From the NCBI GenBank assembly GCA_043718025.1, contig JAYSWN010000109.1, forward strand, positions 1 through 10,650: a stretch of DNA of 10,650 nt. Direction: 5' to 3'. Shown here piece after piece: positions 1 to 7,722 of the stretch (positions are counted from its first letter, which is position 1; each line of letters begins with the position of its first letter). The position numbers and the translations under genes are program-made. The notes under the pieces are model-generated. The model was given only the letters and a program-made list of their open reading frames with translations, was not told the origin of the DNA and made no database searches. The stretch comes from Pseudomonadota bacterium. GTDB lineage: Bacteria; Bdellovibrionota; FAC87; UBA2466.

Positions 1-252
1 CACCAGAAAAACCTGAAGCGAAGCGCCTCGCCCGACTAAAATTCGCGCCGCCGCCAGCACGTCGCCCCCATTGTTGCCCGTTCCCGCCACGACAACGCCG
101 GGGAAGAGAGTGAGGTCCGAAAAACGCAGACTGATCGCGTCGGCTAAAGCCAAGGCGGCATGCTCCATCAAAATGGAAGCCGGAATTTTTAAGGTGTCGA
201 TGGCGTAACGGTCAGCCTGTGCCATCTCTGCGCTAGAGAGGACGGGTTTCAT
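1..252 (-). CDS. nnr: NAD(P)H-hydrate epimerase (YjeF N-terminal domain), probably bifunctional Nnr; 5' part only, runs off the window start
   Basis: Not in the ORF track. Manual translation from ATG at 252 gives MKPVLSSAEMAQADRYAIDTLKIPASILMEHAALALADAISLRFSDLTLFPGVVVAGTGNNGGDVLAAARILVGRGASLQVFLV, with YjeF-N hallmarks (EM..AD, LME.A, GxGNNGGD). It starts 6 bp after the glmM stop. Confidence 0.92.
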   Translation of the reverse strand, partial: MKPVLSSAEMAQADRYAIDTLKIPASILMEHAALALADAISLRFSDLTLFPGVVVAGTGNNGGDVLAAARILVGRGASLQVFLV

Positions 253-258
253 GCCTGG

Positions 259-1620
259 TTACCCCAACTGCGCGCGGATAGTGCTCGCAATGTCGTTTAC
301 GTATTCGCGGATTTTAGCGTGGTTTTCACCTTCCACCATCACGCGCGCCAGGGGTTCGGTGCCTGAGTAGCGGACCACCACGCGGCCGTTCTGGCCAAGC
401 TCTTTCTCCACCTTTTTAATGGCGTCGACGATCTTGGGGAAGGTCTTCAAATCTTCTTTGTTTCGAACAAAAACGTTTTCAAGCACCTGCGGAAACTGAA
501 GCATCTGATTTTTCAACTCTGACAACGGCTTACCGGTACGCTTCATGATCGAAAGGATTCTCAGCGCGGCAATCATACCGTCGCCAGTCGTGTTGTGATC
601 TAAAAAAATCACGTGGCCCGATTGTTCGCCGCCTAAGTTTAAATTCTCTTTACGCATGGTCTCAACGATATAGCGGTCGCCCACTTGCGCGCAGATGGTC
701 TTGCCCCCGGCATTGCGGATGGCCTGATCTAGCCCCATATTGCTCATCGGGGTTACCACCACGGTGTTCTTTTTCAGGGTGCCCGATTTCAACATGTCCA
801 AGGCGCAGATCGCCAAGATCTGATCGCCATCGACCACTTCGCCGGTCTCGTCACTCAAAATCAAGCGATCGGCGTCGCCATCTAAGGCAATCCCTATCTC
901 CGCGCGGTGCTCATGAACCGAACGGCACATCTGCTGGGGATAGACCGCGCCACACTGGTCGTTGATGTTCTTACCATTGGGATTGGTATTGAGCGCGAAA
1001 ACCTCGGCCCCAAGCTCCTGAAAAACAATGGGGGCCACTTTGTAGGCGGCCCCGTGGGCACAATCCAGCACAATACGAATGCCGTCTAATGTGAGGTCTT
1101 GAGGAAAGGTGTCTTTGATAAATACAATGTAGCGGCCAATGGCATCGTCAATACGAGCGGCGCGGCCGATATTCTCCATGGTGGGCCGAAACTTTTCGAG
1201 CTCTTCGGAGCCCATGATCTCTTCAATTTCGGTCTCTTTCGCGTCCGGCAGCTTGTAGCCATAGCGGTCGAATATCTTAATGCCGTTGTATTGGTAAGTG
1301 TTGTGGCTGGCCGAGATCACGATACCGGCGTCGGCCCGCATGCTGCGCGTCAAAAAAGCGATGCCCGGAGTGGGCAAAGGGCCGACGAGAAAAACCTGGG
1401 CCCCCATCGAGCAAAAACCCGCCGACAGCGCATTTTCAATCATGTAGCCCGACAGACGAGTGTCTTTGCCGATAACAACCTTGGTGCTGGTGCCGAAACG
1501 CTTCTGGCGTTCGAAAAAAAGGTATCCCGTGGCCCGGCCGATTGCCATGGCCACTTCGGCCGTCATGGGAAATTGATTTGCAATGCCTCTGATGCCGTCG
1601 GTTCCAAAAAGCTTTCCCAT
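259..1620 (-). CDS. glmM: Phosphoglucosamine mutase
   Basis: 453 aa with N-terminal [18 protein letters not shown], phosphoserine motif ISASHN, metal loop DGDADR, sugar-binding GGEQSGH and RYSGTEP. It sits directly downstream of cdaA-cdaR. Confidence 0.98.
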   Translation of the reverse strand: MGKLFGTDGIRGIANQFPMTAEVAMAIGRATGYLFFERQKRFGTSTKVVIGKDTRLSGYMIENALSAGFCSMGAQVFLVGPLPTPGIAFLTRSMRADAGIVISASHNTYQYNGIKIFDRYGYKLPDAKETEIEEIMGSEELEKFRPTMENIGRAARIDDAIGRYIVFIKDTFPQDLTLDGIRIVLDCAHGAAYKVAPIVFQELGAEVFALNTNPNGKNINDQCGAVYPQQMCRSVHEHRAEIGIALDGDADRLILSDETGEVVDGDQILAICALDMLKSGTLKKNTVVVTPMSNMGLDQAIRNAGGKTICAQVGDRYIVETMRKENLNLGGEQSGHVIFLDHNTTGDGMIAALRILSIMKRTGKPLSELKNQMLQFPQVLENVFVRNKEDLKTFPKIVDAIKKVEKELGQNGRVVVRYSGTEPLARVMVEGENHAKIREYVNDIASTIRAQLG

Positions 1621-1633
1621 GCGGTGATTACCC

Positions 1634-2326
1634 CTACTTTACTTTTTTAGTGGTGATTTTTACCTTCACCACCTGATCGCGGGAAAGCCGAAAACCTTGT
1701 TCGGCGTCAACTTCAACCGTGGCCACTGCCTCTTTGGTTCCAGAAAGTCCGGTCACATCAATGGTTTCAGTTCCCACTGCCTCCAATTGCGCCAGCAGAC
1801 TCTTTGGGCCGGCAACCGCCACCTTCCCTGGCCATGCCTTTACCATAGAAATCTCTTCGCCGTCAGCAATCTGTCCGCGAAGAGTTGGCTTTACGGTTAT
1901 ATAACTCTCGGTCACCTCTTCAAGCCGGATGACAATGGTCGGCGGAAAAAAGCTGGTCACCCGCACGCCATTAGGCAGATCACCAATCAGGTCTTCACTC
2001 ACCGTCAGCACTACGGTGTTGTCGCGCGTGTGGCGCAAGTCGGGACGAATTGGAACGTCTTTCTTTTCAACGTTCTTAAGCAACACCCGCGGGCCAGAAA
2101 CGCTGAATTGAATGTAAGATGGCAACTTATTCACGATCATCATGCCGGGCGGCAGCAAAGGCTCAAGCTTGATATTCTTTTTCAGCTCTTCCTTTTTAAA
2201 ACCCAATACGGTGATCCAGAGAATCAACGCTAGGAGCAAGCTCACGGCCTTAAGGGCCAGGCTTTCGCTAAAAGCCAGGGCACCGTGGTTATTGCCCACA
2301 ATTCGCTTTACGGTAGTGAAGCTCAT
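1634..2326 (-). CDS. cdaR: CdaR/YbbR-domain regulator of diadenylate cyclase (N-terminal TM anchor plus about two YbbR domains)
   Basis: [16 protein letters not shown] matches the typical CdaR anchor. YbbR-like segments are present ([23 protein letters not shown]...TETIDVTGL). It has a 4-bp ATGA overlap with cdaA and lies between cdaA and glmM. Confidence 0.88.
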   Translation of the reverse strand: MSFTTVKRIVGNNHGALAFSESLALKAVSLLLALILWITVLGFKKEELKKNIKLEPLLPPGMMIVNKLPSYIQFSVSGPRVLLKNVEKKDVPIRPDLRHTRDNTVVLTVSEDLIGDLPNGVRVTSFFPPTIVIRLEEVTESYITVKPTLRGQIADGEEISMVKAWPGKVAVAGPKSLLAQLEAVGTETIDVTGLSGTKEAVATVEVDAEQGFRLSRDQVVKVKITTKKVK

Positions 2327-3126
2327 GGCGTCCCCTGCTCAAGCTGACGGCCTTCAAAACGTTTCAGCCCCAACAATTCGAACAGCTGATGACGAAGCGT
2401 CTCCAAATTTAAATCGCGAATGACCGTACCGTGATGAACGAGTGAAATCTCGCCCCGCTCCTCCGAAATGACCACCACCACGGCGTCAGTTTCATGGGTG
2501 ATACCCAAGGCCGCCCGGTGACGAGTGCCAAATTCTTTTTGCACCGCCGGGTCGCGCGACAAGGGGAGCAAGCAGCCGGCCGATGAGACGCGAGAATTAC
2601 GAATAATGATTGCCCCATCGTGAATGGGCGAAGTGGGATGAAAAACGCTCAATATCAAATCAGAGGTCACCCGTGAGTCTAAAACTGTTCCGGCTTCAAT
2701 ATAGTTCTTTAATCCAGTTTCACGCTCGAGCACCACTAAGGCACCGATGCGGGCTTGGGCCAAATTGTGGGCGGCTTGGCAGATCTCTTCCAAAATCGAA
2801 ACCTCTTCGATGGTGTTGGTGCTGGTAAAGAAGGGGTTGCGACCCACCTGGGTTAGAGCCTTACGAATCTCATCTTGAAAGACGATGATCAAAATCAAAA
2901 TCAGGTTATTAAAAAATTTATCTAAGATCGTATACAGGGTGTGAAGGCGGAAGCGATCGGCAACGTAATAGAAAATAAGAATAATGCCAAAACCCGTCAG
3001 CATCTGCACGGCGCGAGTGCCGCGGATCAAAAGCAAAACGCGATAAACAATGACACAGACAAGCAGGATATCAATGCAGTCCTGCCATCTGAGGATTTCG
3101 CGTACGTTTTCGAAAAATTGGACCAT
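2323..3126 (-). CDS. cdaA: Membrane-bound diadenylate cyclase (c-di-AMP synthase) CdaA/DacA
   Basis: Three N-terminal hydrophobic segments, IVFQDEIRKAL, GALVVLER, catalytic HDGA and GTRHRAALG motifs, and VVVISEERG. Confidence 0.97.
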   Translation of the reverse strand: MVQFFENVREILRWQDCIDILLVCVIVYRVLLLIRGTRAVQMLTGFGIILIFYYVADRFRLHTLYTILDKFFNNLILILIIVFQDEIRKALTQVGRNPFFTSTNTIEEVSILEEICQAAHNLAQARIGALVVLERETGLKNYIEAGTVLDSRVTSDLILSVFHPTSPIHDGAIIIRNSRVSSAGCLLPLSRDPAVQKEFGTRHRAALGITHETDAVVVVISEERGEISLVHHGTVIRDLNLETLRHQLFELLGLKRFEGRQLEQGTP

Positions 3127-3220
3127 AGTTAGAAATGGGTTTACCTTACTTTATCGTCGAAAAGGGCGGGATTTGTTAGCGGAATTTTCGATCGGAATGA
3201 ATGAATTTACGATTCCAAGC

Positions 3221-3252
3221 AAAAAAAAACCCCACCCGCAAAGCGGACGGGG
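3221..3252 (-). terminator. Rho-independent terminator after ftsH
   Basis: The minus-strand RNA CCCCGUCCGC-UUU-GCGGGUGGGG forms a 10-bp stem with two G-U pairs, followed by U9. It lies about 20 nt after the ftsH stop. The wobble pairs form only on the minus strand. Confidence 0.92.
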
Positions 3253-3272
3253 TTTTCTCTAAAAAAGGTGGT

Positions 3273-5201
3273 TTAGGCAACGCCGGCTTTGCCCTTTAAT
3301 GGCATCGACACCGGAATGCTCTCTTGTCTTTCTGGTGTCGGCACCGGCGAACCCGAACTGCCCGATCCCCCTACCGGCATCGGCAAGGCAGGCAGAGTGC
3401 GATTTTCAACGAGCATGTCGATTTCTAAACGATCTAAACTCTCGCGCTCTAGCAGCGCCGCCGACATGCGGTGTAACAGGTCTAAGTTGCCGCGAAGAAT
3501 CTGGGCGCCGCGCTCGTAATTGGTGGTGACGATACGATGAATTTCAAAATCCACCAGCTCCGCCGTCTTCTGGCTTATGCCGCTGGTTTGGTTCATCTCG
3601 CGCCCTAAGAAAATATTTTGCTCTTTCTTACCAATCGCCACCGGACCAATGGCATCACTCATGCCCCACTCACAAATCATGCGGCGAGCTAGTTCAGTGG
3701 CGCGCTCAATGTCATTTCCGGCCCCGGTTGTTTTTTGCCCAAACACCAAGGATTCGGCAATCGCTCCCCCCATCAGGAAGGCAATCATATTTTCGGCCTT
3801 GGTTTTAGAAAGCGTCAGCTGGTCTTCTTCCGGCAGAGTTTGGGTCAGACCCAACGCCATTCCTCGCGGAATGATCGTCACTTTATGAACCGGGTCAAGA
3901 CCGGGCAGAAACTTATTCACAATCGTATGACCCGCCTCGTGGTAGGCAATGGCCTTTTTCTCTTCGGGGCCAATGATCATGCTTCGGCGTTCTTTGCCCA
4001 TCAGCACTTTATCCTTAGCTTCTTCAAAATCTGACATGCTGACGGTGGTTTTATTTTTACGGGCGGCCATCAAAGCAGCTTCATTCACTAAATTCTGAAG
4101 ATCGGCGCCCGCAAAGCCAGGCGTTCCCTTAGCAATGGTCTCGAGTATGACGTCCTTGTCCATCGGCACGCGGCGGGTATGAACTTTCAAGATTCCGGCG
4201 CGACCACGAACATCGGGCTTATTCACCACAACGTTGCGATCGAAACGTCCGGGCCGCAACAAGGCTGGATCTAAAACGTCGGGACGATTGGTCGCGGCGA
4301 CTAAGATCACGCCTTCTTTGGAGTCAAAACCGTCCATCTCAACTAAGAGCTGGTTTAAGGTCTGTTCGCGTTCATCGTGTCCGCCGCCTAAGCCGGCACC
4401 ACGTTGGCGGCCTACCGCGTCGATCTCATCGATAAAAACAATGCAGGGAGCGTGCTTGCGGCCCTGTTCAAAAAGGTCGCGTACGCGGGAAGCGCCTACG
4501 CCCACAAACATTTCCACGAAGTCACTACCGCTTATACTGAAAAATGGCACCATGGCCTCACCGGCAACGGCTTTGGCGAGAAGGGTTTTTCCAGTTCCCG
4601 GAGAACCCACCAGAAGAACCCCTTTAGGAATTCTTCCGCCGAGCTTGGTAAATTTTTTGGGATCGCGCAGAAAGTCTACGATCTCTTTCAATTCTTCTTT
4701 GGCTTCATCGCAGCCGGACACATCGGCGAACGTCGTCTTAGTGTTGCCCTCGGTCAAAAGACGCGCCTTCGAGCGACCAAATTGCATCGCCTTGCCGCCG
4801 CTAGCCTGAATCTGGCGAAGAAAGAAAAGAAGTAGCACGACGAAGAACAACATTGGGCCCCAGCCCAATAAAAACTGCACCCAAATTGGGTTTTGATCTT
4901 CGATATCGTAATTTGGGGTGATGTTGTGTTCCGCCAGCAGTTTTAAATAAAACTCAGCGTTGGTGTCGCCCGCCGTTTCAAATACCGGATTGGGGTCCCC
5001 CGCAGAAGGTTTGTATTTGCCTTCGATTTTTCCGTGGGTCTTGAAAGTGACCGATTCTACTTGGTCGCTTTTTACGGCGTCCACGAATTTGTTAAACGGT
5101 ATTCGCCGTTCTGGCTTTTGAACGCGCGCCGTTTGAAATAAAAGCACGGTCGCCATCGCCAGTAAAAACCACGCAAAGATTGTTTTCTGAGAGTTCTTCA
5201 T
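3273..5201 (-). CDS. ftsH: ATP-dependent zinc metalloprotease FtsH
   Basis: 642 aa with two N-terminal TM helices, Walker A GSPGTGKT, pore motif FVEMFVG, Walker [32 protein letters not shown], Zn motif HEAGH and the third-ligand Asp in GAGNDI. Confidence 0.99.
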   Translation of the reverse strand: MKNSQKTIFAWFLLAMATVLLFQTARVQKPERRIPFNKFVDAVKSDQVESVTFKTHGKIEGKYKPSAGDPNPVFETAGDTNAEFYLKLLAEHNITPNYDIEDQNPIWVQFLLGWGPMLFFVVLLLFFLRQIQASGGKAMQFGRSKARLLTEGNTKTTFADVSGCDEAKEELKEIVDFLRDPKKFTKLGGRIPKGVLLVGSPGTGKTLLAKAVAGEAMVPFFSISGSDFVEMFVGVGASRVRDLFEQGRKHAPCIVFIDEIDAVGRQRGAGLGGGHDEREQTLNQLLVEMDGFDSKEGVILVAATNRPDVLDPALLRPGRFDRNVVVNKPDVRGRAGILKVHTRRVPMDKDVILETIAKGTPGFAGADLQNLVNEAALMAARKNKTTVSMSDFEEAKDKVLMGKERRSMIIGPEEKKAIAYHEAGHTIVNKFLPGLDPVHKVTIIPRGMALGLTQTLPEEDQLTLSKTKAENMIAFLMGGAIAESLVFGQKTTGAGNDIERATELARRMICEWGMSDAIGPVAIGKKEQNIFLGREMNQTSGISQKTAELVDFEIHRIVTTNYERGAQILRGNLDLLHRMSAALLERESLDRLEIDMLVENRTLPALPMPVGGSGSSGSPVPTPERQESIPVSMPLKGKAGVA

Positions 5202-5212
5202 TGCTTGTTACG

Positions 5213-5217
5213 CTCCC
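5213..5217 (-). promoter_or_regulatory. Probable ribosome-binding site of ftsH
   Basis: GGGAG lies 11 nt upstream of the ATG at 5201. Confidence 0.55.
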
Positions 5218-5311
5218 ACCAGAGTTATCGGTGGTTGGGCGCGGGGGCCTTAAGGATCGGTTTTGGGTGAAACTCAGTCGGACGTAACGCGGCGGGTAAA
5301 CTAAAGAAATA

Positions 5312-6556
5312 TCAGGGTGATACGCGGTACCAGGTGGCGTCAAACGAAGGCTTAAAATTAGCTCCGAATTGGCTGCGCTTTTTTGACAAGGGGTGCCAGA
5401 TGATTTCAGAACTATGGTTCGGCGCCAATACCGGGTAAAGCGCTCGCTCTGGCCGCGGTACTTTGGCTTTCTTTAATCGATCGGCCAACGGTTTGCCGCG
5501 GTAACGATCGCCCACCCTTAAATTTCGCATCTCTACCCCGGCTGAAACCGGAATTGAAAACTGCGGCAACGCTTGGCCGCGCACCGAAATAAAGGCGTAC
5601 CCTTGTGAAACCACCGCGTCGCAGCCATTAGACAGCTCAGCTTTTCCCTTTCCCTTTTTTAAGAAGGCGCACAGCCGCATGGTCTCGGCGCGAGTCAAAG
5701 CCGGCAATCCCATCTCCTGAAAGAGATTTCGCAATAGCGCCCGTTGCCAAAATTCAATCTGGGCGCAGAAGTTGGCAACGGTAAGACGAGTCCAGTACGG
5801 GGTAGTTACGAAGAGCGATCGCAAACTGGCCTGGGCCACGGCACCAATCGCAGCTTCAGTCTCTTCCAGTTCTTCGAGCAAGTGTGAAAAGCGCTCGTCC
5901 CAAGCGGCCGGCCCACCAAAACTCTCGGTAAGCTCATACCACTTCGGTAACAGTTGATGACGAATTCGGTTTCTGAAAAACGCGGTTTCTTGGTTCGAGG
6001 CATCTTCGCGCCATTTCCATTTTTGCTCAGTGGCGTGTAATAAAAGCACTTTTTTAGAAAGCCCTAGCAATGGCCTTACCAACCTGCCCTGCACCGGCCG
6101 GATGCCTACGAGGCCGCGCACACCGCTGCCCCTGAGTAGCCTAAAGAAGAACGTTTCTACCTGATCGCCACGATGGTGAGCGGTCAAAATAAAAACCCTC
6201 TTCTTTCCAACCCCCCGCGCCACCGTTTCCAAAAAAGCTAACCGGGCTTCCCGCAGTTGATTTTCTGAGGCTCGTTTTGCCGTAAATTTTGCGGTCTTGA
6301 ATTTCAGTTTCAATTTTTGGGCAAGATTTTTTACTAACCGCGCGTCGGCCGATGAAGCCCGACCGCGCTGATTGTGATCGAAATGGGCCACCGTAATCCG
6401 TTCGTGGTCAAGGGCTTGGGCGGCCAGGTGCAAAAGGGTTACCGAATCAACTCCCCCCGAACAGGCCACAATGAAATAGGCGTCGTTTAACTGCGCGCCG
6501 AGGCAGCGAAACAACTCAGATTCGAAGTGGATTAAAAGTGGCGAAACGGGGCTCAC
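5312..6556 (-). CDS. tilS: tRNA(Ile)-lysidine synthetase
   Basis: PP-loop ACSGGVDS, AHFDH, TAHHRGDQVET, LVRPLL, WREDASN and RNRIRH are present, plus a C-terminal TilS_C-like segment (GDR...KAKVPRPER..YPVL). It is adjacent to ftsH. The GTG start is uncertain. Confidence 0.96.
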   Translation of the reverse strand: MSPVSPLLIHFESELFRCLGAQLNDAYFIVACSGGVDSVTLLHLAAQALDHERITVAHFDHNQRGRASSADARLVKNLAQKLKLKFKTAKFTAKRASENQLREARLAFLETVARGVGKKRVFILTAHHRGDQVETFFFRLLRGSGVRGLVGIRPVQGRLVRPLLGLSKKVLLLHATEQKWKWREDASNQETAFFRNRIRHQLLPKWYELTESFGGPAAWDERFSHLLEELEETEAAIGAVAQASLRSLFVTTPYWTRLTVANFCAQIEFWQRALLRNLFQEMGLPALTRAETMRLCAFLKKGKGKAELSNGCDAVVSQGYAFISVRGQALPQFSIPVSAGVEMRNLRVGDRYRGKPLADRLKKAKVPRPERALYPVLAPNHSSEIIWHPLSKKRSQFGANFKPSFDATWYRVSP

Positions 6557-6597
6557 TCCCTAAGCCTATAGCACAAATTTACCGCTGTTTTTGGGGA

Positions 6598-7683
6598 TTA
6601 GTTGGAATCGGAATCGGCGTTGTCGCTGGCAGCGGCCGGCTCTTGTACGGCCGCGGAATCATTGGCCTCGCTGGGTGCCTCTTCTTCCGAAACCGCCTCC
6701 TTTGCCTTGCGCGCAGGACGACGATTGCCTTTCGGGGCCTCATTTTCGGGTTCGCCAGATTCGTCAGCGGAAGGGGCAGCCGCCGCCTCTTTATTCTCAT
6801 CGGGGCTGTCGTTTGCCACTTCGCCCTTGTCGCCGTCGATTTGTGGCGCCGCGCGATCGAGTGGGCTCTCCTCGTAGCGATTTGGTTCGGGGTCGCGAGC
6901 AGTTGGCGGTTCGTCGGCGCGAGTTTCGTGCTTAGGCAAATTGGCGGTCGGACGTCGCCCCGCGGGATTAAAATTTTTTCTAACCGCGGCCGACATTCCG
7001 CGCTTGGGACTGGCCGCCCGGTTGCCTTCGGCGCTTCCGTCGGAGTCAGCCGTGGCGCGAGGTAAGGCTCTTCTGTCCGAAGAATTTGCGCGATGGTTTA
7101 ACCAACTGTAAAACCCGCCACCGATGGCAATGGCAATCAAAGCAACAACCCACTTCGGTACTTGTCGCTCGTCTTCAGTTGGGCGAACCGAATCGCTGTT
7201 AAAAGAAATCTCAGCGGCGGTTGCATTTTCATTGTGGTGCATTTCACGGCTGGTCTTGCCAATGAGATCTTCGGGGTGAATGTCACTGAGCTCTTCAGGT
7301 AGCAACTCGCTAATTTGTTCGGCTCTGACTGAGTCGTCGGCGGCCCGGCGCCTTTCACCTTCGCGCGCGGGATAGAGAGACGACATTTCATTGGCGGCTA
7401 CTTCAATCTTTTTTGGCTCTTCTTGACGGCGATCGAACTCAGCGTACTGCCACAAAATTTTCCAGTTCCCGCCTACCTTTTTTCCGTCCGGGCCAGGCTC
7501 TTTCAATTCCATCTTCAAGGCCAAGTCATTGCGCCGAATGATCCCCTTCTCCAGAAGGGCATTCACCTCAGGAAATGTGAAAGGACCCTTTGGGCTTTTT
7601 TGCACCAAAAGAATCCAAATGCGATCGTTAGGCTGACTCATCGCCATCTTATCGGCGATAGACCGCCATAAGCTTGAGGACAT
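6598..7683 (-). CDS. Hypothetical single-pass membrane protein: N-terminal GYF_2 (DUF4339)-like domain, TM helix, long low-complexity Pro/Ala/Glu/Asp tail
   Basis: W.L.....PKGPF....V..LL..G.I...DL...W......F resembles GYF_2. There is a hydrophobic helix WVVALIAIAIGGGFYSWL (~7099-7152). The 361-aa ORF is co-oriented with its neighbours and fills the suhB-tilS gap. The start may instead be ATG 7647 or 7641. Confidence 0.75.
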   Translation of the reverse strand: MSSSLWRSIADKMAMSQPNDRIWILLVQKSPKGPFTFPEVNALLEKGIIRRNDLALKMELKEPGPDGKKVGGNWKILWQYAEFDRRQEEPKKIEVAANEMSSLYPAREGERRRAADDSVRAEQISELLPEELSDIHPEDLIGKTSREMHHNENATAAEISFNSDSVRPTEDERQVPKWVVALIAIAIGGGFYSWLNHRANSSDRRALPRATADSDGSAEGNRAASPKRGMSAAVRKNFNPAGRRPTANLPKHETRADEPPTARDPEPNRYEESPLDRAAPQIDGDKGEVANDSPDENKEAAAAPSADESGEPENEAPKGNRRPARKAKEAVSEEEAPSEANDSAAVQEPAAASDNADSDSN

Positions 7684-7722
7684 TGTAGCGCGAAGCGTTA
7701 GCCCAAGGTCGCTATCTCCTCA

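Noticed and set aside
907..2423. Plus-strand ORFs of up to 183 aa opposite glmM and cdaR
   Set aside because: They are antisense shadows of well-supported genes and contain no recognisable motifs.
3127..3220. c-di-AMP (ydaO) riboswitch or sRNA upstream of cdaA
   Set aside because: The region is too short, and I could not identify the conserved ydaO motifs or any stable multi-stem structure.
3050..3262. 70-aa plus-strand ORF across the ftsH-cdaA gap
   Set aside because: It overlaps cdaA antisense and runs through the terminator. Its KKKPHP is simply the A-tract and stem.
3289..4835. Plus-strand ORFs of 76-191 aa opposite ftsH
   Set aside because: They are typical shadow frames of a conserved gene and have no independent evidence.
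5092..5343. 83-aa minus-strand ORF bridging tilS and ftsH (possible hpt remnant)
   Set aside because: It overlaps both genes out of frame and shows no PRPP-binding or other Hpt motif.
5653..5661. A_AAA_AAG slippery heptamer in tilS (also present in the suhB Lys tail)
   Set aside because: Lys-Lys codons explain it. I saw no stimulatory structure or meaningful alternative product, and the zero frame encodes the expected domains.
6538..7065. Several overlapping ORFs on both strands over the low-complexity tail, including the track's 175-aa plus ORF
   Set aside because: The GC-rich Ala/Pro/Glu/Asp codons are stop-poor in other frames. The 361-aa frame explains the region.
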